A stretch of 62,252 nt of DNA, filler included, from Jimgerdemannia flammicorona (Eukaryota): the NCBI GenBank assembly GCA_003990765.1. It is 3 parts of 3 records of this genome, joined end to end, with 100 filler letters (N's around TTAATTAATTAA, not from the genome) between each part and the next. Parts side by side here need not be neighbours in the genome. Positions count along the whole stretch, not along the records: positions 1 to 20,686 come from RBNJ01001611.1; 2 more parts are not named here. One strand, written 5' to 3'. Shown here one piece after another: positions 1 through 14,100 of the stretch. The notes under the pieces are model-generated. The model was not told where the DNA came from. It did no database searches and saw only the letters and a program-made list of their open reading frames with translations. Position numbers and translations under genes: made by a program. The stretch's first letter is position 1; every line of letters starts with the position of its first letter.

Positions 1-439
1 TATCATGAATAGCGAATAAACCTATTTCATAACCCACAAACCACTCTTAAGTAAATCCGCTCTCTGTTAGGTTCTACTCCTAACCCTGTCACGAAATTTC
101 CTAATTGGGTATTGTCTGCAGCGATACGCCAATTAAACTAAGCTGGTCTTAGTTTCTTGAACTTCCTGAAATACGGGAAATCCTGAACATCGAGAACTAG
201 TCCGAAAAAGGACTTTGGTTGAGACGTCAACCCAATCTTGAAATCAATAAGCGTAGAGGACGTACTCCATACGAAATTGATCTTGACCATAGGAAAACGG
301 TCTTCCAGAATATCCAGAACTTCCAGAAAACCCTTCCAGAACTACGTAACGGTTACCCTAAAAAGCAACCCTCTTACACTTATTTAAAAGATATGAGTAA
401 AAATTTAAGCTAAACTTTTCTACTTCAAAATATATATAA

Positions 440-1024
440 TATATATATATAAGAATATTTTATTAAAGTAGTCAGTAGTCAGCAAACTATGCTCTACTAT
501 ATATATAATATAGAAAGTAGTAGTTTGTAAGCAATATTATCTCATATATAATATCATAAATCTGCTCAACTACTATTGAGATTGCTATCTATAGGTCTGA
601 GATTTAATAATATATATATATCTAGTCTTAATTATGAAGAGTTCATACTTGCTGCCAAATACAGACCTTGCAATTTTATACTTGCTGGTCTTTCTGTAGA
701 GACACAGTCTACTTGAGTAGTAAGAGTGAATATCTTATATAAGATTATTATAACTTATATATATCAGACAGAGATAGTTTGAACACTATTGTTGAGTCTA
801 TATAGCACATTCAACCTGTCTGGTTGTTTGCTTCTCTGCTGCTATTTGAGTCTTTTTTTTACTTTGACATTTCTTTGTTAGATATCAAAATATAGAGTAG
901 TGAGATAGAATACTAGAAAAAACAGCAAGATAGAGCCCTGAGATAAGACAGAGAGACAGAGTAAAAGATGAAGCAGAGTATGAGTAGATAGACAAAAATG
1001 AAGCAACTGGAACTGAACACTCTC

Positions 1025-1059
<35 letters not shown>

Positions 1060-1336
1060 CACAAAGAACCAGGGTGAAGTACCTTGATTGAGATTTATGG
1101 CTTTTTTTTTCAAGCAGCAAAGCAGCATAACAGAATGGACACCAAATGGACAGTGAGGGGGTGAGGCAGAACAAAGGGGTAATAATTTTTATAATTAAAA
1201 ATTTTTGATATTTATATTTAAATCATATCTAATACTAATATGCTAACGGAATTTTGAACTGTATCCTTAATTTTATATGTGATTCCCGCAAAATCGAGAC
1301 TGGAATCACGTGATGTTTGGGACTAGTCCACCACTG
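440..1336. repeat. AT-rich decayed dispersed repeat (family X, copy 1), possible transposon terminus at 1336
   Basis: About 452-762 aligns by eye, colinearly, with 52574-52882 (e.g. gtcagtagtcagcaaactat / gtcagtagtcagtaaactat; ataggtctgagatttaata in both). CpG-free up to ~1240. Reverse strand at 1338 reads TA|CAGTGGTGGACTAGTCCC, resembling a DNA-transposon end. Confidence 0.55.
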
Positions 1337-2099
1337 TAACACTTTATTGCCGTCTTCCATGCGCATTGCCTCATTACCTCAACCATCACACCATAAACGA
1401 ACTAATCATCATCACTTCTAAGAGACAGAATCTATATTACAAGGTCGGATTAGGGGTGGACAATTTAAGAAAGAAAGAAAAAACTGTGTAAAAAGGCAGA
1501 TCAAAATGGTACATGAAATGTTTACGATACTCAAAACTGGAGAAAAGAGAAAGAGGAAAACTGGTGCTTGCAGGCTTCAAGTGGCGAAGCTCCATGTCGT
1601 CGGCTGACAAGTATCGATAAGTATCTGCTTCCGTTGTTGATAACCGCATTCCGATATTTATCCGAGAACAGAAGTTTCACGCTACACATCCAGATCCGTC
1701 GAGTGCTGGTGGCCATTGAATTGAGCTGCCGGTCTTGACTATACTGAGTGACACGATGACTATTTTCAACATAAGTATAAGTGCGTAACGTTGCTGCGAG
1801 ATAGGGGAAGGAGGGGGGAGAAATATAAAGAGTGTAGAAGAACTCCAGGGTAGAGCACTTCATCGCACATTGGATCGACGGATTAAGGTGAAATCCCGCT
1901 CGTCGCCAAGTAAATATAAACAGCGCTGTCGTTCGGAAGACTACCATAGATCGAGGTCAGCTGCGCTTCCAGCAATCCACCCATTTACATTCTTCCGACA
2001 TGTTTTTTCCTTCCGCTTTTGGTCCTCCCTCCCTCCCTCCCCCCCTTTTTTTGTTTACGACGATCTTCTTTCTTGCGTTTCTCCGGAAACTCATTTCTC

Positions 2100-5000
2100 T
2101 CATTGAAAAATCTGCACAATTTGTGATAACTAGACACCGATATACTACGCAATGTTCAAGGGTTTGGAAGGAGACACGTAGAGGCGCTTACCTTGTCCAG
2201 CAGGAGCAGAGCGTTATCTGAAAGAAAATTGGCCGCGCGTCTTACATCAGATGCTGGACAAGTACGCCTTTCCTCGGTACTCCTTTTCATCGCTTTCGCC
2301 TTTGATAATGAGAAGGGACAACGACGAAGCCCAGAATTATGGAGTAGAAGGCAACTAGTGTTAAGTGAAAAACACCATCGCGAACACGAGCGAAATTCAT
2401 TTCAACTGGTTCCGAAACAAACCCCATCCAACATCACTTACTCCAATCTCAGCAAGTTGAGCCCTTCGCTATCATCAACGTGCTGCTCCGCTGCTTCGAA
2501 TACTGCGCGCAAGTTCACCGCCGGCTTGGTCAAAGAGGACGATAGACGTAGGCTTGCCAATATGATGAAGTTTAACCACACGAAAAGATTTGATTTCAAG
2601 TCCTTGCTCGGCGCATTAGCCCTAATGAGTGCGGGAACAACCAAAAGAAAAGAAAAGAAAGAAAGAAAGAAAGGAAAAAAAAAAAAAAAAAAAAAAACAA
2701 AAAATCAAAATGTAACGAAACACGTTCCCATATCCGAAAATGATTTCAAAGGATGGGGGTCACGGGACAATAAAATAATAGCGTGCAGGAACACAAAGAA
2801 AAGAAACAGAAAATATGATGCCGATCCCAGAGAGCCTCTCCCCCATAGCATCGAAAACGTTTAGAATGCGCGCGCACCTATACGCCGGGAGTTCCATTGA
2901 ATATGGCAGTTCAAAGCCCAAAATCTTCGCGTAAAGTTGCAGACCGAACTCCACATCTTTCGATAGGTCAGCTGGTTGCCATCCACCTGTACTGTCAAAC
3001 CAAATCCGAGCCGCCTGCACCAAACACCGCGCCAAATCTTCCTTCTGCTTCATAGTCACAAAAAACTTTGCACATCGGTTCCACAGCGCCATCGAACTTG
3101 GTATACGCGACACCGCCTCCCCCAGGATCCGCTCCCCGTCTTGCTGCTGGCCATCGTGTCTCACCACCTCCGCACACAAATCCCACATCTCCGGGAAATG
3201 TGGGTGAGCCTCGCGTGAGCCATCGATTAATTCTTTTACATCATCTGCTGTCTTGTTCGCAGCTTTCAAGAAGCTGATGAAATTCCGCAGGATCGCAATG
3301 TAAGGTTGCCGTGTTGGATATTCCACGAGGTTCACCAATGAGCCCATCAAAGCTAAGAAAATATCGTTGATCGCCGCGCAAAGCTCGAGATTTTCCAAGG
3401 AAGATTTCCAAACAATTAAAAAGAGTGGCCTATCATTGAGGACGGTAGAACCGTTGCCGTTGATAGTGTACTGGCGCAACGACTTAGGGACGCGGTTGTA
3501 AATCAGCAAATAGATGTACGCGAGCCAAGCGATGGCGAGGTCGCGATGGTCGAGCCATTCGAAGGCTACCGTTTGCTCAAGCTCAAACATGGGCATATCT
3601 TGAGCGAGCGAGAGTCGTGTCGAGTTAACTTGAAATCCGCTCGGTAAGGCCGCGAACTCAACCATGTCAGCGCAGGTGAGAAAGCTATACATCCTGAATT
3701 TAGCGATTTCTAGCAACCCATAATTGACATATAGCGATACTAACTCCAAAAAAATATCCAAGATTATTTCCGATCGATGTTTTTCTCCTGCAAAAAACAG
3801 AACACGTGTTATCAAAAAGTGACATGTTGTAAACTGAACATAAATATCGACAAAACATTCAATGCTCACCCAACGTGGTCTTAGCTTCCTCCACAGTGAA
3901 GGCCTTCATCATAGACAACAATACCTCTTCCTTCTTCTCCTTCTCATGCTCCCAAGCCACCCATTTCCACCAAATAACAAGACTGAAGGGCAGATACTTT
4001 AAGGCTTCCTGTACTCTCTCACGGATATCCTTATCGGACGCTCGCCGCACGTATAGCTCCAAGTACAATGTCCATATTTTCTCCTCCAAACGATTTTGAA
4101 CAAGTGCCCGCGCAAGGATACTGAGCGGCCGATCAAGCTCCTTTGCTGGTAGTTGTTCGTAATCCTCGTACCGGAGAGAAGGCAGAGCGCTCACGACGTA
4201 ATCCATCCATATAGCGATGTCTTGGGGCCGTTCCTTAATAGCGCGTTCGTATTCTTCCTCGGGTTGTGATGCTTGGTAATATCGGCTAAGTTTCAAGTGC
4301 TCGGCGGCCAAGATCGTCTGCAGTACATTCACCGTCCTTCCTTGTCTCTCAGAGGCTTGCACGCCTGGCACATCCTCCTGTTGCGTAGCATTCTGTTCAA
4401 TGTTACCAACGCTAGTTGCTTGAGCCGATTTAGGGAGCGGTGCGCGTTTGGACTCTTGCTTTTTACCCGCCACGTTCAGCAGTTTAAGACGCTCATTGAA
4501 ACCGACAACCCGGGTGTTATCCTTAACAAAGAGTTGCCGATACCCCACGATCGCCTTGGCCAACTTTTCCACGTCCGTCATACCCACGTCGCGCAATTCA
4601 GTGAGCCATTCCCGCATCCCGTCCGCATAAGCTTGGCGCACGTCCGGTGCGTCCCCCTCTTGATAGGAGGCCAAGTCAATTAACAAGTCGACATCTGTAC
4701 GTACACAAATAGATATGTGCATACCATAACGTGTGAACGACCTTTTCCGCACGCAAACCATGCAAATAATAACCAAGCGGAGGTACCCACCAGACATTTC
4801 AAACTGCCTGAAATGCTGCGATTCACACGAGTCATCGTTGCACGTCCCACCCGACGTCTCGAACAGGCACAGCCGATGATGTGGGTCTATTGCGTGACTA
4901 TAGGTAAGAGATCGGTAGTTCGCAGGGCCGACATGATCAGGGTAGTGTGGAGAGAACCGGAATGAGCGGAACCAAGTCAGCGGGCTCTCGTATGGACGAT

Positions 5001-8000
5001 AATATGTCACTTGTTGCCGCTGGTGTCGGGATGAAGGCAGGGCCAAAGAGTAGGACTTCTTGAATTTTATCGAGTGATTGGATGCATCAGATAGGGTCAA
5101 CAGATATGAAGTCACTACTCTTACAACAAATTGAGATCGGTTGCGCCAATAAAGAGAGACATAAAAAATAAAATAAAAACAAACAAACCTGTTCTCCTGT
5201 CGCCATCCCTCCTACCTCTTCCTCCTCTCCGTCCCCGCCTCCAATCTCCACTTCAAGTCCAGCAACCACCAAGTCTGATGGCACGCATATATTCGCCTCC
5301 GGTTGCGTATATCCCTCAATTGTTACAAGACGAACGATATAGTCTTCCTGACAATCATCCGTTGTCATCAAGGACGCGTCATTCATCTTTTGATCATCTT
5401 TTCCATCCATCACCGCTACGTTGTTTTTCTCTTTGCGATTCGCCTTTGCCTTCCATTTCAGAACTGGCGTTTCTTGAACCACATCTTTTACTTCCATGTC
5501 GCGTTTGGGTGTCTCATTCATCAACGCCGCTTTCTTGGCGTCGCTCAGGAAGCTATCCAGTTCTCTCAACTGTGTCGGGCTATTCACCCTACTCGAGTTC
5601 GTCGATGTTGATGCCGAGGCTGCGCCACCAGCGTTGACATTCGCCAACCCCTTCCCTTTCTTTTTGTCCAGAAGATTTGCATTGTTTTTGATCAAATCAC
5701 GTTGCTCCTTCTGCACGCTCTCCAGCTTCCGACTGAGCTCTGCCATCTCCTTCTCCTTCTTGGCTGCTGCTGCTGCTGCTGCTACGGAGAAGACGGTCTT
5801 AGCTTTTTTCTTGGTAGCATTTGTGGGAGAGATACCTCCGTCGATTTGCATAGGTTCCCGACTTTCCTCAGGAGGGGCCGCACGCTTCATGAGCGATGTT
5901 TTGGTGGCAATCGGCAGAGGTACAGCAATCGGGAGAGTTGGGGTAATAGTTGGCGAGACAACCTGGACCGGTACAGTAATATTTAAGGTCTTCTCTTTCG
6001 TCTTGACAGAATCGGTCACCGGGGGTTCTTTTGGGGCGGGATCTTTCATTTTCAGTTCCTGTGCCCTTGTCAAGACAACTGCCGTCTGTGTCGGAGCTGT
6101 CTCTACTCGGGCTGTTGCTTTTGTCATCTCAGGCACTTCAACTTGCGCCCTTTTCCCGCCCTTGACCTGTATCGACAAGAGCGCCCTATGTTCGCTTAAC
6201 ACCTCCTCCAGCATAGCTTGCACCCTCGTGGCTGCTTCCACCTTGCGCTGCTTGCGGTTGGCAACTTCTTCCTCTGCACTTCTCAGCTGCTCCTTCAACT
6301 CCACAACCTTCCGTTCTGCCTCAGCGAATGCTAGCTCATGGGCCTCGGCATCCTTCCTCAAAGCCTCCATGTCCCGCTCCTTCCTTTCGATCGTCATCTT
6401 TCTCGCCTCAAACGACGTCTCCGTCGTCTTGACCTCCTCAACAATCGTTGGCGGATGTACCGCGACTCCGGTCAAAGGTGGCTGCGGGGAAACCATTGTT
6501 GATGATGTCGTGGCGACCAGAGGAGGTGACCCGACAGCCAAAGGTGACACCTCCAAAGCGTTCGCTAAAACTTCATCCGGCCCGGTTGCAACCCCTTTGG
6601 CTAGCTCATTCGATTTCGCCTTGACCACCGGAGACGGTTTGGCCGCACTCATCACATGTGTCATCGCAGCCTGGAGGGTTTCGGCCGAGATTCTAGTGGT
6701 CAACTTAGACACCGAAGCGGAATTGGTCGTGACGTCCGGCATATCCACGTCACGGTCAACGAGAGACCCTATATGCGGCATCGCTGGGGCGGTCTTAGAC
6801 CCACTGCCGTGCGTATTGATGCTTACAGCCGCTGGAGACTTCTTCTTGGCAGCTTCTAGTTTCGCGATGGCCGCTAGCATCTTTTGGATGTCTCTCTCCT
6901 TCTCTGCGAGCTTCTTCTTCGCTTCCACCTCTGTCGTCTTATCGTCCTTCGGTGTTCCCGAGCTTGCACCATGCATTTCATCTTCCCGCCGAAGTGTCGC
7001 ATTGTTCTCTTTCCTTGAGGGTAGGATATCCGCGAAAATTGTCGCGGCATGATCATTTTCCTCGTCATCACTCAAGTCGATGATATAGGACACGGGGCGC
7101 TCGGGTATAAATGCCTTTTTCGGTATCGGAGGTACTGGTGATGGTACTGTTGCCGGAATGACAGGCGCCAGAGGTGGCGGCCTATTGTTTAGATCCGCTG
7201 CAACAGGGCGCTTCTTCTTGGTTGAAGGCACCTTGACTGTCACGGGAGAAGGAACTGTGACAGCGGGGGTAACAGTGACAGCGGGGGTAATAGTGACAGT
7301 GGAAGTTTCAGTGACAACAGAGATAGCTGTTCCAGCGGCTAGCGTAGGCACAATCGATGGAACAGCAAGGGTTGGTGTTGGCACTGTGGCTGCGACTTGG
7401 CACTCGATATCGAGAGGTAACATGATCTGCGGCGGTGCCGCTATGTCAACAGGCAAAGCTATCGTCACCTCGGTTTTTGTGATCTCCTTCTCCTTTGCCA
7501 TTACTACAACCTCCTGTGTTCTCCACGCCGTTGGGATTATCACCGTTTCATCGGCCACCTCATCGTCAATATCCATATCCTCGGCCATATCGATCTCGAG
7601 TTCTAGTAGTGGAGGAGGAGGGACAGGTGGCGCGGGCACGAGTGGCGCAGGTGGAGGTGGCTGCTGGAAACCAAAACCGCCGGCGTTACCGGTATTGGTC
7701 GTATACGTTGCCATGACCCTTGAGCCGGATGGTGGGAATGTTTGGTTACGAGTGGAGGGTTGCTGCTGCAATTGCATCATCAGCGGGGCGGAGAACTCAA
7801 GTGATCTAGAAGGGTAGATGATGTTACCATTGTACTGTTGATGATGATGCGGCGGTGGGAACGATTGGACGTGATGCGTAGGGAGGACTTGTTGGAGCTG
7901 TGGCTGACTAACGATGGTCGGTAAACGTGTGTAATCCGGCGTTGACCCACCGGGATGTCGATGTCGATTTGTCTCCATGGTAATGATCGATTGCGGCCGC

Positions 8001-9955
8001 AATCCAGTGGACGAGTCCTGCACTGACCCCGCTTCTAATTCCCCGTTTGACATCCCATATGAGACACCTGGTTGTATTTGCTGATGCTGCGTATGTCGCA
8101 AGTCTGTCGAATCAGCATTCCATTGCGAAGGTGACGGTGATGTGTAATCCGATCGTCCACGCGACTGCGCGTGTGACGATGAGACTGATAGAGTTAGCGG
8201 CGGCGGCGGTGGCGGCGGCGGCGGCGGCGGCGGCGCAGTTGTTGGCGGAAGGGGCGGTTGGGGCACGCCTGTAGGTATTCCTCCCAATACAGGTGGAAGA
8301 GGTAAATTGAGCTCACGGAAGCAATTGATGACGATGTTTGCAGCAATGCCGTGCTGGATGAGATCATCGGCGGTGACTCCCAGCTGGGAAAGATCTGCTA
8401 TCAATTTCTTGGTTTCTTCGACTTCGGTGTCGCTGATATCTGTGTTTGTAGAGGTGATATATACTATAAATCTAAAACGAATTCAGGCAAGGGAATCTCC
8501 AAAACATTGAGTAAATGAAAAGGACTCCATACCTGATTTGTTACTTTTCTCTTCGTGGTGCTGCACGTTCTCGTGTCCACGTCCAGCCCCTCCGGTATAT
8601 TGCTGCGGCAGCTGGTGTCTCGACAGTTGTGTGTTTGGAGTATCCAAACGGCCACTGTACGGTCGAATGCCCTGTGAATGGCGCTTTGGCGGGGGCGAGC
8701 TTGGGTGATGGTTGACCGGGAACACGCTCGTTGGTGGCCGTTCAGAAAAGGGAGAGGCCGCGGTGCTGAGCGGGGATGTCAAATTAGGCGATTTGGCGTC
8801 TCTTGGGCTCATGCTCAGGCGATCTCTGAAGTAAGAGGAAAGAAAAATTTAGAAGATACAATTGATGTATAATATGTAAGCGGTTCCGAGTTCGACGAGA
8901 ACAATTATATATGGCTGACCTAGAATAACCATTCCTCCCATTAGTCGACTCTGCATTATCCTTGTACGAAGATCTCGCCGAAGACGAGCCAGACAGTCCA
9001 GTGTCACGCTTTCCTCTTCGATCAGGGCCTCCGTCGAAATACGCAGAGCCAGGCGTTGCAACAGTCGGCGATGAGTTCTCAGATTTCTCCTGGTACTGCA
9101 TGACAAGTAGGCTGAATTCGTCCTCTTTCGGTTGATGGGTCGTGGCTGGTGTTGTCGTAGGCACATTGGCGGCAGCCGATGCCGGAGCGGATAGAATGGA
9201 AGTCGAGGTTGGGCCGTCTGCTGGGGGTTTAGTAGAAATAGGTGGGGGTGCTGGCTCTATCATTGGTTGAAGAAAGAGAGGGAAGATTGATGCAAATCAG
9301 GTTCATACTTTTTATAAAAAAAAAAATCTACCCCTTTGTGCACTTGCATGACCAACGTGCAATGTGTTATAAATGATGCCGGAAAACTTGAAAATTGGCA
9401 GTCCGATGAAACATATCGGGAAGGGGAACAAGGGGCTACAGCGCATACCAGAAGATGTGCGCAACTGGGTTTTGATGATCGATTTTTTTTACCATCCCAG
9501 GTATTTAGAACCGCTCCATGTTGACGACCCTGAATTGACTATATATACTCACGTCTCCGGTGGGCCTCCTTTTTAGCCTCTTGCTTCGCAACCTTGGCAG
9601 CCGATTCATCCTCATCCGACAACTCACCTTCTTCCCGATCCGGAAAAGCATTTGAAAAAATGAAACGAGAAGGACCGGCGTTTTCAACCAAAGGTTTGTC
9701 CTTGGGCGTCTCCTTGTCCGGGAGCTTGGCCCTTTCGTCCTGGCTCAGTACGCTATGGTCACAGCTGTGCGACGCGGTTGTCGTGAGTTTGACGGCAGAA
9801 GGGCTCTCTTCAGGATCTGATGTTTTCCGCCTTGGTCGGACGGTCTGTAGGGCGGCGGCCCTGAGGGCCTCGAGGACTGAAGGGTCCATTGGAGTGGTTG
9901 CGTTCTGGTTGTTATTTGATACACGGGTGTTCGTTTCCGCGCCCGTCTCGGGCAT
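2100..9955 (-). CDS. ZFC3H1/Red1-like zinc-finger protein (zf-C3H1 domain plus HAT/TPR-like helical repeats), multi-exon
   Basis: ORFs 9539-9955, 8784-9263, 8483-8812, 5087-8404, 3859-5115, 2760-3869 and 2438-2644 join through GT-AG introns (phase checked for 9552-9257 and 8919-8826). Contains YRPYESPL..FRSFRFSPHY..SLTYSHAIDPHHRLCLFETSGGTCNDDSCESQHF (zf-C3H1 signature of Red1/ZFC3H1), a long Pro-rich/coiled-coil N-terminus and W-rich HAT-like repeats. The 3' end is uncertain: secure to ~2440, candidate stop 2100-2102, possible further exon to 1531. Confidence 0.85.
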
Positions 9956-10092
9956 TTCCTTTGTCCGTTTCAGTGAGGGAGGGAGGGAGTGTTGTGTGAT
10001 GGTTGGGTGGTGCGGAAAACTGGATCGTCGGTGACGTCATCGGCATCTGAATACTTTACCGATTTATTATTTCATTATTTGAAATCATCACC
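9956..10092. promoter_or_regulatory. Compact bidirectional promoter with CRE/ATF-like palindrome TGACGTCA (10032-10039)
   Basis: Only 137 bp separate two divergent start codons (9955 minus, 10093 plus); a perfect TGACGTCA lies between them. Confidence 0.55.
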
Positions 10093-10794
10093 ATGGACAA
10101 TCTCACCTGGCACAATCCTCCTCCTTCCCACTCCCACCATGCCCCAACCAACATCCACACCATCCGGGCAACCCCCAGCTCCGACTTTTGGCGCACCACA
10201 ACAGAAACCCGCAACACGGGGAACTTCTTGCACTGCTCTAACGTGCGCGGGAACTTCAAGGTTCAGTGTTTCCTTAACGGAGTATGGACGCACGAGTACG
10301 ACCAGGCCGGTTTGATGATCCGTGTGCAAGGAGAGGAGAAGTGGGTCAAGGCGGGGATAGAGTTGATGGGTGGGGTACAGTATGTGAGGTGAACTATCTG
10401 AAACTGGAACCCCATTTTCGCGACTGTGAGCCAATTTCAAATGTATGTAATCTCAACAAACCTTCTGTTTTTCAGCGCGGTGGTAACCAATCCCTATTCA
10501 GATTGGTCCCTCACACCCTCCTTTCACTCCACTGCCCTCTCCTCGGAGCACATGCTCTTTCTCGAACTTGAGCGCAAGGGTCCCGTGATCTTATTCCGTC
10601 ATGGTTTCGCCCGCTCAACCGACGGTGTTGCCAAAGAAGCTTTGCGATCTGGCGAGGAAACCCTGACGATGTTCAGGAAAGCCGTGGGCTTTGCTGACGG
10701 GATAGAAGCGGTAGACGTGGGTATCGTTGTTGCTTGTCCAAAAAACTCGGAAGGGGTGAGTGTCTCCATCGAAGGATTTAGAATTTTGCAGTAG
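10093..10794 (+). CDS. DUF1349 / Ree1-like concanavalin-A-fold protein, 2 exons (10093-10388, 10476-10794), 204 aa
   Basis: Motifs DFWRTT, YDQAGLM, WVKAGIE and (YV)SAVVTNPYSDWS are typical of DUF1349. The GT-AG intron 10389-10475 restores the frame. Confidence 0.88.
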
Positions 10795-11070
10795 TATGTG
10801 GAAGGTGGTCGATTTATATAATTATGACGGCAAATCAGCTATTGAAAGCGAGAGATGGTTGAGGTGAAGGCGAGAGGGATTTCAAGACGGAAATAAAACA
10901 TAAATACATTAGCCTTTCGGCAACGACTACACAGCTTTGGAGTTCGAGTTTATCAGTGAACATGGTGGTCCGGTTCTCCAGCCGTCAGCCGACCCTCGAA
11001 GAGTTTCTTCAACGAGAAAGAGCCATCCACTTCGTTTTTATTGATTGAACATATACACTCCGTATACCAT

Positions 11071-11103
11071 ACGGGGCGTGCTGCAACAAAACCAGAGAGT
11101 GAA
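11071..11103 (+). mobile_element. Solo transposon-terminus-like motif shared with 52881
   Basis: CATACGGGGCGTGCTGCAACAAAACCAGAGAGTGAA vs CATATAGGGCATGCTGCAACAAAATCAGATAAAGTGAA at 52877-52913; differences are mostly transitions. No inverted partner seen nearby. Confidence 0.5.
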
Positions 11104-14100
11104 TTTGTGGAATGGGAAGGAGCAAATACAGGCGGTATGTTATCCGGTGTGCCAAGAACATCGCACCCAATACTACTGCGGAGTTCTGTATTATATGGAG
11201 AAACATATTATGGTATGCAAATGGGGAATAATTTTTATTGCGTTCGTTTATTATTGAAGCAAGTTCGTCAATTCGTAGTTTTGAAGTCTGACGCTGCATG
11301 AATGGACATGTGTAATCCACTGGCTATGTTCTCAAAATTGCTTTCTCTGTTTTTCTTAACCCCCAGCAGGTGAACTGCCCCGCAATGAAGAACCAACCAG
11401 CACCCTTATGAGATTTGTGTTCTTAGAATTTGGTTGATTGTTTGAGAATATCTCGTGATTCATAATCTAATAGTAGAACTGCCCCGATTAGAGGATTCTA
11501 ACATGCAAGAAAATAATCGCACGACATGTGATGTAACACATCCGGACAGCGAGCTAGTCTGATTTTGAATTCTGGACGAGACGTTCAGTAACACAGACCC
11601 GCACTTCGACAGCCATCTCAAACAGGAAATAGAAGGTAATATTATATCCAACTGTCCAATAATTATATGGCAACCATGCCGCACAAACACCGGAAAACAG
11701 TGATCCATGATGTAATGCAATCCCTATCACCTCGTTTCACTACTATCTTTGAAAACGTCGACGACTTTACTTCCCAGACGTGTTGATTCTGCCGCGGACA
11801 ATCGACAAGATATTATGAACGTGTGAACAGTGGAGGCCGATGGCACGCGAATGGTGAGCCACTTCTAGTGACAAATGCAATTCACCACCTGTATCCGATA
11901 TTTGAGCTGGTAAACGACCTTGGCGTGCCTCGGAAAAGGTCGTGAGATGGCTCAACCACTCCAGCACATATCTATGGGATTCCGTTGCCTATTGCAAACC
12001 GGATGTGTCTACCACCCCAGTAAAGCCCGATCCCCCGCAAGCTGGAAAGACGTGATCTTTGTTGGAGAAGTCAAGCGCAAGAATGATCTGGTCCAGCTGT
12101 GTTTGTGAGGTGTTTGGTGCATAGCTAAATGGGTGTTACATTCTTGGGTTCTCGCTCCGCCATTACGAAATGACTGTGTGGCTCTTCGATCGCTGGCAGC
12201 ATTGGCTCGATTCCATTCGACCTCCACCCCGAAGTCAAGAAATCTATCCGTGTTGTGGTCAGCCTCGCCATAATGACCCGAGCATTCCGATCACGAAAAT
12301 GTGCTTGGCATCATCATCAACGTACGAAATGATCGAGACTACTCTTTTTCATCGGCCAGTGATTAATGGACGTGGCACAAGGCACACAAAGTTGGCAAGA
12401 CATTCGTGATCAAGGATGCATGGCGACAATTGACCTGCAATTCCGAAGGTGATCTGCTGTACATTGATTTCCATTGCACGTTGGTATGACACAAAGCAGC
12501 AGGTGCATTTGTTCTATTCGTTCAACGAAATATCGCGTTTTGGGTGTTGTGAAGATACTGATGGACATTGGTCATTTCGTGCGCATCATTAATCAGGATC
12601 AATCCTATCCGATTCTCAAGGCCTAAAACTTTCGCGCTATTTGACCCGCATGGAGGACGGTGCATTGTGCTGAAGATCAGCAATGCCATTCTTTTCGTCG
12701 TTGTTAAAGGTACGTAGGAGTGCGGTATGATTTTCATCGGTATGGCACATGTTCATTCTCCATCTTCCAAGACAACGGCAATCTCCACAGGTCGGCATCC
12801 TCGGCGCCGCCAGATCTGGCTTCCTCATTGGCGTCAACAATCTCTGGGTCTCTCCTCCGTGCATAAATCAATGTTTGGGACAGAAGACGAGGTTGTTTTC
12901 CTCCTTGATCAGCATACCGTCAAAATTCCGCTCGATGAAGTGTGTATCAGAGCGGTGAAGCCTGTCTATGGTATGAAATGGTTATTCTGTTATGTTTATG
13001 GCCTCCTTTATCCGTCCGACGACCTCCATTCACTCTTGCGAGTCATTCTGTGGTGTGAAAAGGTGATGCGAGTTTGGTGATGATAGTGGGTGAGTTCTCA
13101 GGGATTAGTGTGTTATTGGGTTTGTTTCAGGTTTAACGTTCTTTGTTCATCTTTGCATCGTAGATTGAAACATCTCGAGGGTGCTATCCAAAAACACTCG
13201 ATCGACACCCCAGAGGGGGACTCAGGCCCGTATTATTTGTACTTAAAACCCTGGAGAAGCTCGTTACAAAGTCTGGGTTACAATTCGGTAAAGATCTCTT
13301 TGTCAGCATGACCATCCAAATGGAATATTTCCCTCTTTGACATTATGTTTACACATCATCATTAATATGATCCCGCCTCCACCTCCAATCATATCGGCAC
13401 CGCTATCCCGATGCACCGCAAATCACCCGCCACCCCGCTCCAACGACAAAGACGATGATGAGCCTGGCGCGGCGACGCCGACCCCTGCGAAGGGTAAAAC
13501 CACAATGGGACATGAAGGATCTGTGCGGCACCGGGGCGGCAGCCGTCCTCGGATAATGAGGAATGGCTTGTCGATAACTGCCATATGTTCAAGGACAACT
13601 GGCTTGCATCCGGCGCGGACGATCGCCGAAGCAGATGCATCTTGCAGACTCGGGCGCGAGGCTTACGAAAGCCGTGCAAAAAATAAAAAGTGCATCCGGT
13701 TCAACAGACGGCTTGTCATCGTAGTCGTCGTCGTTGTCGCCGGAGGCCAGATTAGTGAAAGAGTCGCAGTCTGGACAACGGCAACGTGCGGGGCAGTCAC
13801 CGAATTCAGTGTATGCAACACTATCACCTCAGTGTAGCGAGAAGTGCAAGCTGCTGCCCATAGGACTTGGAGGTTACCGACGATGACGAAGAGGGGAAGG
13901 GGACAATGGATGCGTAGAGTTCGTCGCCGGACGTTAGGAAGGTCGTTGGGAAGAAGGCGATGGGGTTGTAGCCGGGGCTGAGGACAAAAGAGAATAAAAA
14001 AAGCATGGAGGAAAATGAAGGACAATGAGAGAGCGACGCGGAGAGCGTGGCAAGTTTCAGAGGGGAAGGCGAAGTGGTGAAAAGAATGAGACGAGGGGCA

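Noticed and set aside
87..420. Possible LTR starting TGTCACG with ttccagaa repeats
   Set aside because: No partner LTR, PBS/PPT or gag-pol in the window.
5496..7817. Long plus-strand ORFs (518 aa, 219 aa)
   Set aside because: Antisense shadows of the large ZFC3H1-like exon; no independent motifs.
8197..8236. (GGC)n microsatellite
   Set aside because: Encodes the poly-Pro tract of the ZFC3H1-like protein.
2100..9955. Functional link between the RNA-surveillance gene and the neighbouring TE cluster
   Set aside because: Separated by an artificial linker; proximity carries no evidence.
11400..14000. Short ORFs and exon-like pieces (e.g. ..NLVFCPKH..)
   Set aside because: No coherent splice model or recognisable domain could be built by eye.
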